A DNA stretch of 64,000 bases from Acidimicrobiia bacterium (GTDB taxonomy: Bacteria > Actinomycetota > Acidimicrobiia > Spongiisociales > ZC4RG35). Where the stretch lies: the NCBI GenBank assembly GCA_040510135.1, contig JBEVJN010000061.1, positions 18,469-82,468 of the forward strand, given 5' to 3'. The notes below the pieces were generated by a model. That model did not search any database, was not told the origin of the DNA, and was given only the letters and a program-made list of their open reading frames with translations. A program made the position numbers and the translations under genes. Below are positions 27,853 to 36,840 of this stretch, in pieces; within the stretch, counting starts at the first letter, position 1, and each line of letters opens with the position of its first letter.

Positions 27853-28629
27853 ATGGAATTTGTTTCTTTCAACGTGTCTGAGCCCGATGTCCTGATCGCT
27901 ACCGCGATTCACAACGGGCACGATCTCAGGGCGAGTCTCGCCGACCTCCCTGCCATCGATGACGCGACGCGTCTGCGGGAGGAGGATCCGCACACGGGCG
28001 CCATCGCCTCCCGTTTCGCCAACAGCGTGGTGGTCAATCGCTCCCGTTTCGAGGTGGATCTCAACCGGGAGCGGGACGAAGCGGTCTACACCGACCCCGA
28101 ATCCGCCTGGGGCCTCGAGGTGTGGCGGCGCGATCTAACCGAGGTGGAGCTGGCGGCTTCGCTGGCCCTCTACGACCGCTTCTATATCGACCTCTCCTCG
28201 AGGCTCGACCGGTTAGTTGCAGACCATGGAGGGTTCGTCCTCTACGACATCCACTCGTACAACCATCGGCGGCTGGGTCCCGACGCCGACCCCGAGCCCG
28301 CCGAGGGCAGCCCGGTCGTCAACCTGGGGACGGGGTCCCTGCCCGAGAAATGGAAGCCGGTGGCGGATGCGTTCACGGAGAGTCTCCGATCCAACACGTT
28401 CGATGGTGTCCGTCTCGATGTGCGGGAGAACGTCCGCTTCGAGGGCCGAGCTCTGGCCGGCTGGGTCCATGAGAACTACGGCGAGCTCGGATGCGCCCTG
28501 GCCATAGAGGTGAAAAAGGTGTTCATGGACGAGTGGACGGGGGAGGTGGACCCAAAGCGGGTGGCGCAGCTTGGAGACGCCCTGATCGCGTCCGGGCCTG
28601 ACGTGCGGCGAGCCTGGGAAATGGCATGA
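27853..28629 (+). CDS. N-formylglutamate amidohydrolase (FGase)-family protein
   Basis: 258-aa ORF with AIHNGH...REEDPHTG...VVNRSRFEVDLNR...YDIHSYNHRR, characteristic of the FGase fold. Confidence 0.8.
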   Translation: MEFVSFNVSEPDVLIATAIHNGHDLRASLADLPAIDDATRLREEDPHTGAIASRFANSVVVNRSRFEVDLNRERDEAVYTDPESAWGLEVWRRDLTEVELAASLALYDRFYIDLSSRLDRLVADHGGFVLYDIHSYNHRRLGPDADPEPAEGSPVVNLGTGSLPEKWKPVADAFTESLRSNTFDGVRLDVRENVRFEGRALAGWVHENYGELGCALAIEVKKVFMDEWTGEVDPKRVAQLGDALIASGPDVRRAWEMA

Positions 28630-29780
28630 GCGTCGGGGAGATCGACCTGGTGATTGACCGCCGTCTCAGCGAGATCTGCGGTCTGCTCCCCATGCTCCAA
28701 TTGCTCACACCGACCAATGCGCCGGACCAGAGGCGAGCCTTCCTCGAGGGAGACATCGAGGAACCGGAGTTCACCTACAGGGATCTTCCCGATCTGGACG
28801 GCCTGACCGATGATCTGGGCGCGATCAATCCAGAGGAAGCCACAGACCCGGTGCTGATTCACATGATCCGGGGCTTGCACCGGGAGCTGGAACGTCGCAT
28901 CGAGTTGCTGGCGACGAGGAACACGGACCAGTTCCTCCTCGCTGCCATCGAGCAATACGGGCATGTCGAGACGCCGCTGTTGGATCTGGCCCATCGGGTG
29001 TTAGAGGAGGTCCCGCCGGGCCCAGCCGCAGATGTGTATGTCGATGCTCATGATCTGGCCAGGAGGGCCAACGTCGAGCTCGATCACTATCGCCGGCGCT
29101 TCCCGGAGCTGTCGACGCTGGTCCATGTCAGCGAAACGGTGGCCGGGGTGATGGTGGAGAACGGAGACCTGTTCATCGGTGTCGACACCTCGATCGCCGG
29201 CGACCGGGTGGAGCAATTGCTCCACCACGAGATCGGAATCCATGTGGTCACTTACATCAATGGGAGCGCACAGCCGATTCGCATGCTCTCGCTCGGCCTC
29301 TCCGGGTACGAGGAGACCCAGGAGGCCCTTGGGGTTCTTGCCGAGCATCTCAGCGGAGGTCTTCGCCCGAAGCGGCTGCGGGCTTTCGCGCTGCGAGTCG
29401 TTGCCGCACACTCGGTCAGCGGGCGGGCCACCTTCAGACAGACCTACGACACGTTGATCGATCTCGGCTCGGGACGTAATCGGGCATTCACCACGACGAT
29501 GCGCGCCCATCGGTCCGGCGGCATGACCAAAGACGCCCTGTATCTCGGCGGGCTGACCAGGCTCGTGACCTACCTCCAGGAGGGTGGCCGGCTCGATCCG
29601 CTGCTGGTGGGGAAGATAGGCTTGGCCGACGAGCCGCTGGTGTCCGATCTCCTCGAGAGAGGCGTCTTGGTGGAGCCGCCGCTCAGACCTCGATTCCTGG
29701 AGTCGAGAGATGCGCTCGATCGACTCGCCAGGATCCAGGATGGCGCCGGGATCCTGGAGCTGGGAGGTGTCGCCGCATGA
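28626..29780 (+). CDS. DUF1704 / QEGLA-motif protein (predicted HExxH metallo-carboxypeptidase-like)
   Basis: ATGA overlap with the FGase gene. HHEIGIH zinc motif followed by GYEETQEALGVLAEHLSGGL, a QEGLA-type motif. Confidence 0.75.
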   Translation: MSVGEIDLVIDRRLSEICGLLPMLQLLTPTNAPDQRRAFLEGDIEEPEFTYRDLPDLDGLTDDLGAINPEEATDPVLIHMIRGLHRELERRIELLATRNTDQFLLAAIEQYGHVETPLLDLAHRVLEEVPPGPAADVYVDAHDLARRANVELDHYRRRFPELSTLVHVSETVAGVMVENGDLFIGVDTSIAGDRVEQLLHHEIGIHVVTYINGSAQPIRMLSLGLSGYEETQEALGVLAEHLSGGLRPKRLRAFALRVVAAHSVSGRATFRQTYDTLIDLGSGRNRAFTTTMRAHRSGGMTKDALYLGGLTRLVTYLQEGGRLDPLLVGKIGLADEPLVSDLLERGVLVEPPLRPRFLESRDALDRLARIQDGAGILELGGVAA

Positions 29781-30823
29781 AGCTCGGTCTGGTCGTCAAC
29801 GACGTGACCACGGAGAAGCCGGAATACAGCACCACCCGGCTCGCTCTGGCTGCGCAGAAACGGGGGCACGAAGTCTGGCTCATGGGGGTTGGCGATCTGG
29901 CGCACACCTCGTCCGGGGAGGTGACGGCGCGAGCGCGCGGCCCGCGGGACAAATCGTATCGCTCGCTGAAGAGCTTTCTCGTGGATGTCCAGAGCGAAGA
30001 CGTGGACCCCGAGCTGATCACAGTCGACGAGCTCGATGTCCTCATGCTTCGCAATGACCCCGCTGAGGACGCCACCGACCGACCCTGGGCGCAGGCCTCG
30101 GGGGTCCTCTTCGGTCAGCTTGCTGCCGCGGCAGGAGTGGTAGTGGTGAACGACCCCGTTCACCTCGCCGATGCGATCAACAAGACCTACTTTCAGCACT
30201 TCCCCGAGGAGATCCGACCGCGGACCCTCATCTCCCGAACGGTCGGGGACATCAAGGACTTCGTCGACGTTCTCGGCGGGCGGGCCGTGCTCAAACCGCT
30301 CCAGGGGTCCGGTGGCCAGAGCGTGTTCGTGATCGCCGGGAAGAAGGGCCAGAACGTCAATCAGATCATCGAGACCATCACCCGGGACGGCTATGTGGTG
30401 GTCCAGGAATTCCTCGCGGATGCCGAGAGAGGTGATGTTCGCGTATTCGTCATGAACGGGAAGCCGCTCGAGGTGGATGGCAAGGTGGCTGCCTTCCGCC
30501 GGGTCAACGAGGGCGACGACATCCGCTCCAACATGCATGTGGGGGGGAAGGCACAGAAGGTGAAGATCACAGAGGAGATGCTCCATGTGGTCGACCTGGC
30601 ACGCCCCAAGCTCATCGAAGACGGCATGTTTCTCGTTGGGCTCGACATCGTCGGCCCCAAGATGATGGAGGCCAATGTCTTCAGCCCCGGGGGACTGGGA
30701 AGCGCCAGCGGGCTGCACGAGGTCGACTTTCCCGGCGCTGTTGTCGATGCCCTGGAGAGAAAGGTTCAGATCCGGGCGACTTATGGGCGGTCCCTGCCCA
30801 ATGCGTTACTCGCCACCATGTAA
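29777..30823 (+). CDS. ATP-grasp ligase, prokaryotic glutathione-synthetase (GshB)-like
   Basis: ATGA overlap with the upstream gene. N-domain MLRNDP motif. ATP-grasp region AVLKPLQGSGGQSVFVI...VVQEFL...DVRVFVMNG...RSNMHVGG...GLDIVGPKMMEANVFSPGG. Confidence 0.8.
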   Translation: MKLGLVVNDVTTEKPEYSTTRLALAAQKRGHEVWLMGVGDLAHTSSGEVTARARGPRDKSYRSLKSFLVDVQSEDVDPELITVDELDVLMLRNDPAEDATDRPWAQASGVLFGQLAAAAGVVVVNDPVHLADAINKTYFQHFPEEIRPRTLISRTVGDIKDFVDVLGGRAVLKPLQGSGGQSVFVIAGKKGQNVNQIIETITRDGYVVVQEFLADAERGDVRVFVMNGKPLEVDGKVAAFRRVNEGDDIRSNMHVGGKAQKVKITEEMLHVVDLARPKLIEDGMFLVGLDIVGPKMMEANVFSPGGLGSASGLHEVDFPGAVVDALERKVQIRATYGRSLPNALLATM

Positions 30824-30824
30824 G

Positions 30825-30852
30825 GGGCAGGGACCCGGGCGGGCCCCTGCCC
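30825..30852. terminator. GC-rich hairpin between convergent genes
   Basis: GGGCAGGG (30825-30832) pairs with CCCTGCCC (30845-30852) around a 12-nt loop. It starts 2 nt after the + strand stop and lies 9 nt before the minus-strand stop. No clear U-tract. Confidence 0.4.
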
Positions 30853-30860
30853 AAACCTGT

Positions 30861-31052
30861 TCAGCGCTGTGTATCGGCCCGGCCCAATGAACCGATGCCG
30901 ACCGCCAATCCGAGCAGGACGAGCGCGACCGGCCCTACATATCGGAGGTCTCCGATCCTGAGTGTCCAGACATCGAGAGCCTCCAATACGAACACGATCG
31001 CGACCATCGAGTAGACCACTCCCGCGAACAGAGTCCCTTTATGCAGTCTCAT
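30861..31052 (-). CDS. small two-TM membrane protein (63 aa)
   Basis: ATG at 31052 overlaps the upstream stop (ATGA). MRLHKGTLFAGVVYSMVAIVFVLEALDVW...YVGPVALVLLGLAVGIGSL. Confidence 0.5.
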   Translation of the reverse strand: MRLHKGTLFAGVVYSMVAIVFVLEALDVWTLRIGDLRYVGPVALVLLGLAVGIGSLGRADTQR

Positions 31053-31699
31053 CTCTCCACCTCCATGTTCCCGGTCGCGATATCGAGGTCGAGTGTCAGC
31101 TTCACGTCGGCGGCCCCGAACCCCTCGCTCGTGTAGGTACGACTGACCGAGAGACCCTCGCTGACTTCGCCGAGAAGGTCGATCTGACCGGCTCCCACCG
31201 ACGCGCTCACGTCGACGGGGACATCGGATGGCAGCACGACCGTCAGGTCCCCGGCACCTATCGTCACGTCGACAGCCGCCGATTCGGTCATTGTCAGCTC
31301 GCTGAGGTCCAGAGTGAGCCCACCCACGCCGACGTCGTATGTGGCGGCCAGGTCGGCCTGGTCGGTGACGAGGATGCTCCGGTCTCCGATGCCACTGCGA
31401 AACGCGTTCGGGGGTGCTGTCGCCACCGCCAGAACGGCGATGGTGACGAAGACCCCGGCCACGACGAGTCCCGGATGCGGGCCATTCCAAGCTCCAAAGA
31501 TCAGCCCGAGGCCGATGACGGCAAGGACTGCGGGCAGCACGATGGCCGCCTCGAGGGCGACGGCACCCACGACGTCCAGCAACCAGAGGCCGCCGACGAC
31601 CACGAGGAGAGCCCCGATGACGATCGAACCGTACGGGCCAGAGCCTCGTCGAGGGATGGTTTCAGGCTCGCGACGTTCCAGTGTCTCAGTCGTGCTCAT
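31049..31699 (-). CDS. LiaF-like (DUF2154, cell-wall-active antibiotic response) membrane protein
   Basis: N-terminal TM bundle, then a beta-rich repeat region GVGGLTLDLSEL...VTIGAGDLTVVLPSDVPVDVSASVGAGQIDLLG typical of the LiaF C-terminal domain. Confidence 0.7.
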   Translation of the reverse strand: MSTTETLERREPETIPRRGSGPYGSIVIGALLVVVGGLWLLDVVGAVALEAAIVLPAVLAVIGLGLIFGAWNGPHPGLVVAGVFVTIAVLAVATAPPNAFRSGIGDRSILVTDQADLAATYDVGVGGLTLDLSELTMTESAAVDVTIGAGDLTVVLPSDVPVDVSASVGAGQIDLLGEVSEGLSVSRTYTSEGFGAADVKLTLDLDIATGNMEVER

Positions 31700-32111
31700 G
31701 GCGACTCCCTAGATAGAGCAGGCCGGAGCCTGCGGCGATCACCGCCATCGGCCATATCACCCGATCGAACCAGGGCACCAGTGTGTTGACCAGGAGCATC
31801 AGGCCAATACCAACGAGGGCAATACCCACCATCATCGGCCCCTGTGTTCCGATGTCCGCTGGATTCCCCGTTTGGGGTTCCCCCGGCTCTGCCTGGGGGA
31901 TGACCAGCCACGCGATCAGGTAGATCAGGATGCCGGCTCCACCCGCCAGTGTGACGAGCACGAAGGCCAGCCTGAACCAGACCGGGTCCGTGTTTAAGTA
32001 ATGGCCCAGGCCACCGCACACACCGCCGAGCATCCGATCGTCGATGCTCCGGCGTAGGTATGTCCGTGCGGAATCCGCCACGGCGGGGGGGCCAGCGTCG
32101 AGCTGCGTCAT
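31686..32111 (-). CDS. PspC-domain membrane protein
   Basis: AAGGAGG lies 6 nt upstream of the ATG at 32111. LRRSIDDRMLGGVCGGLGHYLNTDPVWFRLAFVLVTLAGGAGILIYLIAWLVIP is a canonical PspC domain. Confidence 0.8.
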   Translation of the reverse strand: MTQLDAGPPAVADSARTYLRRSIDDRMLGGVCGGLGHYLNTDPVWFRLAFVLVTLAGGAGILIYLIAWLVIPQAEPGEPQTGNPADIGTQGPMMVGIALVGIGLMLLVNTLVPWFDRVIWPMAVIAAGSGLLYLGSRHEHD

Positions 32112-32212
32112 GCGCAACCTCCTTTCCATCGCACGATGCGTGGAAAAGGCGGCGTCGGAACAGTGCCGAAAGACCCAACTCCGTCGATCAGCAGCCCTGT
32201 CTAAGTAGTCGG

Positions 32213-35200
32213 CTACGCGGGCACCGGTGCCGCGTCCAGGACGAGGGCGGCCGCGTCGAAGGGGTTGAGCTGGCGGCCATTGTGGCGGGCCGCCTTGAGC
32301 ACTGGGTCGTCGAGCGAATCGGCCATCGCGGAGAGAGCGTCGAACAGCCACTTGATCAGTGGCCACGGGTGGAGCCCGATCCGCTCCCGGACCTCCTCGG
32401 CCGCCCCGAGAGCGATCATGCCGAGCTCGGTCTGCCCCTCCGTAAACGAGAGTGAGGCTGCGGCTTCGAGGGCGTAACAGAGACCTTCCCGATAGTTCAT
32501 GCCGCGGAACACATCGAAGGAACGGCTGAGGGCATCCCTCGCCTCGGTGAGTCGGCCCGAGGAGATGTAGGTGAATCCGATCTGGGCCTCGGCTAGCCCG
32601 ATCAGAGCTGCATTGCCCAGTTCGAACCCGAGATTCCTGGTTTCGAGCTGGTATCTCTCAGCCGCTTCCACGTCGCCATTGGACCCGGCGAGGATGCCCA
32701 GCGCGATCAGCGCATATCCCTCACCCCACCGGTCTCCAAACCCGCGGAACCTGGCCAACGACAGCTCCAGACTCTCTCTCACCTCGCCAGGATCCTCGCC
32801 GTACGCGGGCAGCAGGAGGGCCGACAGGAAATCGGTCCAGTTGTGACAGTCGATGTCACCGTTGGCCTCGACGATGGTCATCGCCCGATCGATCGACGCT
32901 TTTGATTCCTCGTACAAGCCCATCTCGTATTGGATGCCGCCACGCAGCCACCAATATCGGCCGGAGAGCACATCATCGAGGTCTTGGGGGGAGCGAACCG
33001 CAGCGAGGTAGCGGGCGCCGTCCTTGAGGTGGTTTCCGATCCATAGGTAGACCCACATGCCGAAGGACATCTTGACGAGGGAGGCGTCGTCTGCCTTCTT
33101 CATCAGCCACTCGGCGGCGACGTCGAAGTTGTTCCATTCGGCGGCGAATCTCTCGACGACCGACGCCTGCTTGGTCCCGCGAAGATCCTCCAGGGCGGCA
33201 TCGGCGACGCCTACGTAGTAATCGGCGTGCCGATCCTTCATCCATTCGTACTCGCCCGCCTCATGGAGATGACGCAGGCCGAATTCCCTCATCGGTGCCA
33301 GCATCCTGAGCCGGCCCTCGCCGCCCTGGGCAGGGAGGACCAGACTGTTCTCGACGAGCACCATCAGCTGGTCGACGGCATCTCCCTCCTCGACGGCCAC
33401 CTCCTGGGCAGATTCCACCGTGAAGCCTCCCTGGAACACGCACAACCTGCAGAAAAGGGCTTGCTCCTCCCGGTTGAGCAGTTGGTAGCTCCAGTCGATT
33501 GCGGCGTCGAGGGTCCTCTGGCGGCTAGGGACGTCGGCAGCCCCGGACCCGAGAGCGTCGAGCGACCTGGTGAGCCGGTCCGACAGCGCCCCCGGGCTGA
33601 GCATTCGAAGACGGGCAGCGGCCAATTCGATGGCCAGAGGCAAGCCATCGACCTTTCGAACGATCGACGCCACCGGCGAGGCGTTCTCCTCGTTGATCGA
33701 GAATCCCGGGATCACCGCAATGGCGCGGTCGATGAAGAGACGAACGGCATCGGAGGCCGAGATCGAGTCGGGCCGGTCCGACCCGGTGGGGGGCAGTCCG
33801 AGCGGCTCGAGTGTGTATTCGTACTCGCTCATGATCCGGAGCGGGACGCGGCTGGTGGCGAGGACCTTGAGCCCGGGACTCCGACCAAGGAGGTCGGCGA
33901 CCGACGGTCCGCCCGCGGCCACATGCTCGAAGTTGTCGATGACGAGTAGCACCTGTTGGTCCTGGAACTCGCTGGAGAGAGCGTCGATGGCGTCACCTTC
34001 GATGGGGATGCCTGCCGCGTCGCCGATGGCGAGCAGCACCTGGCTCGGGTCGGTGATAGCGGCCAGGTTCACGAAATAGACACCGTCGGGGAAATGCGCT
34101 GAGCAATCCTCGGCGACCGACAGGGCGAGGCGGGTCTTCCCGATCCCACCCGGGCCCACGATCGTGGTCAGACGAACATTGGGGCGTCCCATCATCTCGG
34201 TCAGCTCAGCCAGCTCCTTGTCCCGCCCGACCAGGACGTTCGGCGACTTGGGAAGTCGAACCCGTGTTATCGACCGTGCCCGGGGGGACGGAAACTCGGC
34301 TCGGAGGCCTGGGGCCAGCACCTGAAAGAGCTTCTCGGCGCGGGAGAGGCCCTTGAGGGCGAAGGAGCCCAGCTCCTTGATCTCCCATCCTTCTCTCTCG
34401 GTCTGCCCCTCGACCAGTTCGCGCACCGGGGCGGAAACAACGATCTGGCCTCCGTGGGCGGAGGAGGCCACCCGGGAAGCCCGGTGCACGTCGAGTCCGA
34501 CATATCCACCGGACCCCATGCGTGCCGTGCCGGTATGCAACCCGAGGCGGGCTTGCACCGCGACCGACTCGGGCCAGAGTCGATCGTCGAGTGCCTTCTG
34601 TATCTCGACCGTGGCGCTGACGGCCTGGAAGGCATCTTGGAAGACGCTGAACAGCCGCTCTCCTTCCAGATCGACAATCGTCCCTTCATGACGCAGGGTG
34701 GCGTCGGCGACTACCTGGTGGTAGCCGGTGAGGACATCGGCGTACCGAGCTCCTAACTGCTCGACAAGGGTGGTCGACCCGGCGAGATCGCCGAACATGA
34801 AAGTGAGGGTGCCTCCCGGCAAGGCGTCGGCGTGGGGCCCGACGGTGGCGAATCTCTCCGACATAAGTGCCGCGAGGTCCTCGACCATCATTTCCGCGAG
34901 CTCCCCAGGGGACTCGAAGGTCCGCACGGCCGATCTTGCCTCGGCGCGAACGCGATCCAAGAGGTCGGTCAGGCCTTGCTCCCGATCGGGGGCAGGCTCT
35001 TTGACATAGACGAGGCCGGGGAGGCCTGATCCCGCCTCGTACTCCCGCTCTAGGTCGGATTCCCAGCCATACGACTGCCAGTAGATGCCAACGAATATGT
35101 CCGAGTCAGCGATGGTTGGCTCGTCATGCCCTTCTCGGTCGCCCAGGTCCATCCCGGCGGGATCGAGCCGCAAGGTCTTGATAGCGGATTTGGCGGCCTC

Positions 35201-35302
35201 TCGCTCTGATTTGAGCTCGCCGAGCGTGGACGACACAAAGACCCTCAATCTCGGGTCGTGATTGGTCGGCTCGAAGCCGCTCCCCTCCCTGGTCGCATCC
35301 AC
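32213..35302 (-). CDS. multidomain STAND signalling protein: DUF4062-like N-domain, class III nucleotidyl cyclase domain, NB-ARC/AAA ATPase, TPR array
   Basis: GTG start at 35302, 1029 aa. The N-domain reads RVFVSSTLGELKSEREAAKSAIKTL...SDIFVGIYWQSYGW. The cyclase domain reads TLTFMFGDLAGSTTL...RLGLHTGTA...GLDVHRASRVASSAHGGQIVVS. Walker A is IVGPGGIGKTRLAL and Walker B is VLLVIDNFEHV. A winged-helix-like SRQRTLDAAIDWSYQLLNREEQALFCRLCVFQGGFT follows, then TPR-like repeats to the C-terminus. Confidence 0.85.
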   Translation of the reverse strand: MDATREGSGFEPTNHDPRLRVFVSSTLGELKSEREAAKSAIKTLRLDPAGMDLGDREGHDEPTIADSDIFVGIYWQSYGWESDLEREYEAGSGLPGLVYVKEPAPDREQGLTDLLDRVRAEARSAVRTFESPGELAEMMVEDLAALMSERFATVGPHADALPGGTLTFMFGDLAGSTTLVEQLGARYADVLTGYHQVVADATLRHEGTIVDLEGERLFSVFQDAFQAVSATVEIQKALDDRLWPESVAVQARLGLHTGTARMGSGGYVGLDVHRASRVASSAHGGQIVVSAPVRELVEGQTEREGWEIKELGSFALKGLSRAEKLFQVLAPGLRAEFPSPRARSITRVRLPKSPNVLVGRDKELAELTEMMGRPNVRLTTIVGPGGIGKTRLALSVAEDCSAHFPDGVYFVNLAAITDPSQVLLAIGDAAGIPIEGDAIDALSSEFQDQQVLLVIDNFEHVAAGGPSVADLLGRSPGLKVLATSRVPLRIMSEYEYTLEPLGLPPTGSDRPDSISASDAVRLFIDRAIAVIPGFSINEENASPVASIVRKVDGLPLAIELAAARLRMLSPGALSDRLTRSLDALGSGAADVPSRQRTLDAAIDWSYQLLNREEQALFCRLCVFQGGFTVESAQEVAVEEGDAVDQLMVLVENSLVLPAQGGEGRLRMLAPMREFGLRHLHEAGEYEWMKDRHADYYVGVADAALEDLRGTKQASVVERFAAEWNNFDVAAEWLMKKADDASLVKMSFGMWVYLWIGNHLKDGARYLAAVRSPQDLDDVLSGRYWWLRGGIQYEMGLYEESKASIDRAMTIVEANGDIDCHNWTDFLSALLLPAYGEDPGEVRESLELSLARFRGFGDRWGEGYALIALGILAGSNGDVEAAERYQLETRNLGFELGNAALIGLAEAQIGFTYISSGRLTEARDALSRSFDVFRGMNYREGLCYALEAAASLSFTEGQTELGMIALGAAEEVRERIGLHPWPLIKWLFDALSAMADSLDDPVLKAARHNGRQLNPFDAAALVLDAAPVPA

Positions 35303-35345
35303 GAGCTACAACGGTAGTGAGTCGGCCGCCGCTACCGGCCATGGT

Positions 35346-35987
35346 TCAGCGGTCGAGATGCTCCCAGACGTCAGTGCTCGGGTGGGGGGAGATGTCCCAG
35401 CGCGGCAAGAAGTACTGGACGAGCGGGCCGATGGCCAAGGCAAAGATGATGGTGCCGACGCCGAAGGTGCCGCCCAGGATCGCGCCGAGGGTGAGGACCG
35501 ATATCTCGATGACCGCACGGGTGAGTCTGATCGACGGCCCCCGGCGCGCGATGCCGGTCATCAGCCCATCGCGCGGGCCCGGCCCCAGGTTTGCGCCGAT
35601 ATAGAGGCCCGACGCGATCCCGATCAGGACGACCCCACCGAGAAGCATCGACCACGCCACGCCAGTGACCCCGGCCGCCGGGATGACAGCCGCGGTGAGG
35701 TCGATGATGACCCCGATGATGATTGCGTTGAGGAGGGTGCCCAGGCCATAGGGCTGTCGCAATGGCAGCCAGAGGAGGAGCACGAATACCGAGACGATGA
35801 TCGACCAGAGGCCGACCGTGAGCCCGAATCGCCGAGCCAGACCCTGGTGGAGGACGTCCCACGGCGGCACCCCGAGGCCGGATTGCAGCATCAGCCCGAT
35901 GCCGACGCCGAACAGCACCAGTCCGATGATCAGTTGGATGATGCGACGAGTGAGTCGCTCGCCGGCGACAGGGATCAAGTACTTCAA
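35346..35987 (-). CDS. YczE/YitT-like polytopic membrane protein
   Basis: Hydrophobic ORF with RRIIQLIIGLVLFGVGIGLMLQSGLGVPPWDVL...GPGPRDGLMTG. There is no ATG; the best start is the TTG at 35987, directly after the upstream stop at 35989-35991. Confidence 0.6.
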   Translation of the reverse strand: MKYLIPVAGERLTRRIIQLIIGLVLFGVGIGLMLQSGLGVPPWDVLHQGLARRFGLTVGLWSIIVSVFVLLLWLPLRQPYGLGTLLNAIIIGVIIDLTAAVIPAAGVTGVAWSMLLGGVVLIGIASGLYIGANLGPGPRDGLMTGIARRGPSIRLTRAVIEISVLTLGAILGGTFGVGTIIFALAIGPLVQYFLPRWDISPHPSTDVWEHLDR

Positions 35988-35988
35988 G

Positions 35989-36840
35989 TCATCGACCTCC
36001 GAGCGCCTCCGCGATCCGGGGAGGGAGGTCGATGCTCGTCGGTGGCATGAAGCTGACCAGCACGTGATCCGCCCCCAGCTCCCTGTAGGCAGCCACGAGG
36101 TCGGCCGTCTCGTCTGGGTCGCCCGGGTACCGGAACTGGACTGAGACCTCGATCTCGGAGCGGTCTCTCCCGATCTCCTCGCACGCCTCTTCGAAACGTC
36201 GGAGGGCCGGGACGAACAGATCCAGCTCGGAGGTGAAGTCCGGGTAGTTCCATTGATCGGCCCAGCGGGCGGCCAACGGGATGGTCCGGCGCGGGCCGGA
36301 GCCACCGATCACGAAAGGCGGTCTGGGCTTTTGCACCGGCTTCGGCTCGAAACGGGCCGAGCTGATGGCTCGATGCTTCCCTTTGAAGTCGAACACCTCC
36401 TCGGTCATGAGCCCGTGCAGGATGTGGAAGGTCTCGTCGAGCATCTCGAAACGCTGTCGGAGAGGGGGCAGATCGATGCCGAATGCTTCGTGCTCACGTT
36501 CGTGCCAACCAGTCCCCACTCCGAGCTCGAGCCTGCCTCGAGACATGTGATCGAGCGTCACCGCCTGCTTGGCCAGCACCGCCGGATGGCGAAAGGTGTT
36601 CGCGGTCACCATCGTCCCGAATCTGATCCGGTTGGTCACTGCGGCGAGACCACCAAAGAGGGACCAGCCGTCCATGATCGGCCGGCTTTCCTCGGCCCGC
36701 GGCGGGTAGAGGTGGTCGTTGAGCCAGACCACGTCCCAGAACCCGCCTCGATCGGCCTCCACCCACATGTCACGGAGTTGGGGCCAGTCCTGATCCTGAG
36801 CCCAGACCTTGAAGGAATGCCGGAACGGCCTTTCGGTCAT
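35989..36840 (-). CDS. LLM-class flavin/F420-dependent oxidoreductase
   Basis: 283-aa ORF with NDHLYP...GTMVTANTFRHPAVLAKQAVTLDHMSRGRLELGVGTGW. ATGA overlap with the upstream peptidase gene. Confidence 0.85.
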   Translation of the reverse strand: MTERPFRHSFKVWAQDQDWPQLRDMWVEADRGGFWDVVWLNDHLYPPRAEESRPIMDGWSLFGGLAAVTNRIRFGTMVTANTFRHPAVLAKQAVTLDHMSRGRLELGVGTGWHEREHEAFGIDLPPLRQRFEMLDETFHILHGLMTEEVFDFKGKHRAISSARFEPKPVQKPRPPFVIGGSGPRRTIPLAARWADQWNYPDFTSELDLFVPALRRFEEACEEIGRDRSEIEVSVQFRYPGDPDETADLVAAYRELGADHVLVSFMPPTSIDLPPRIAEALGGR

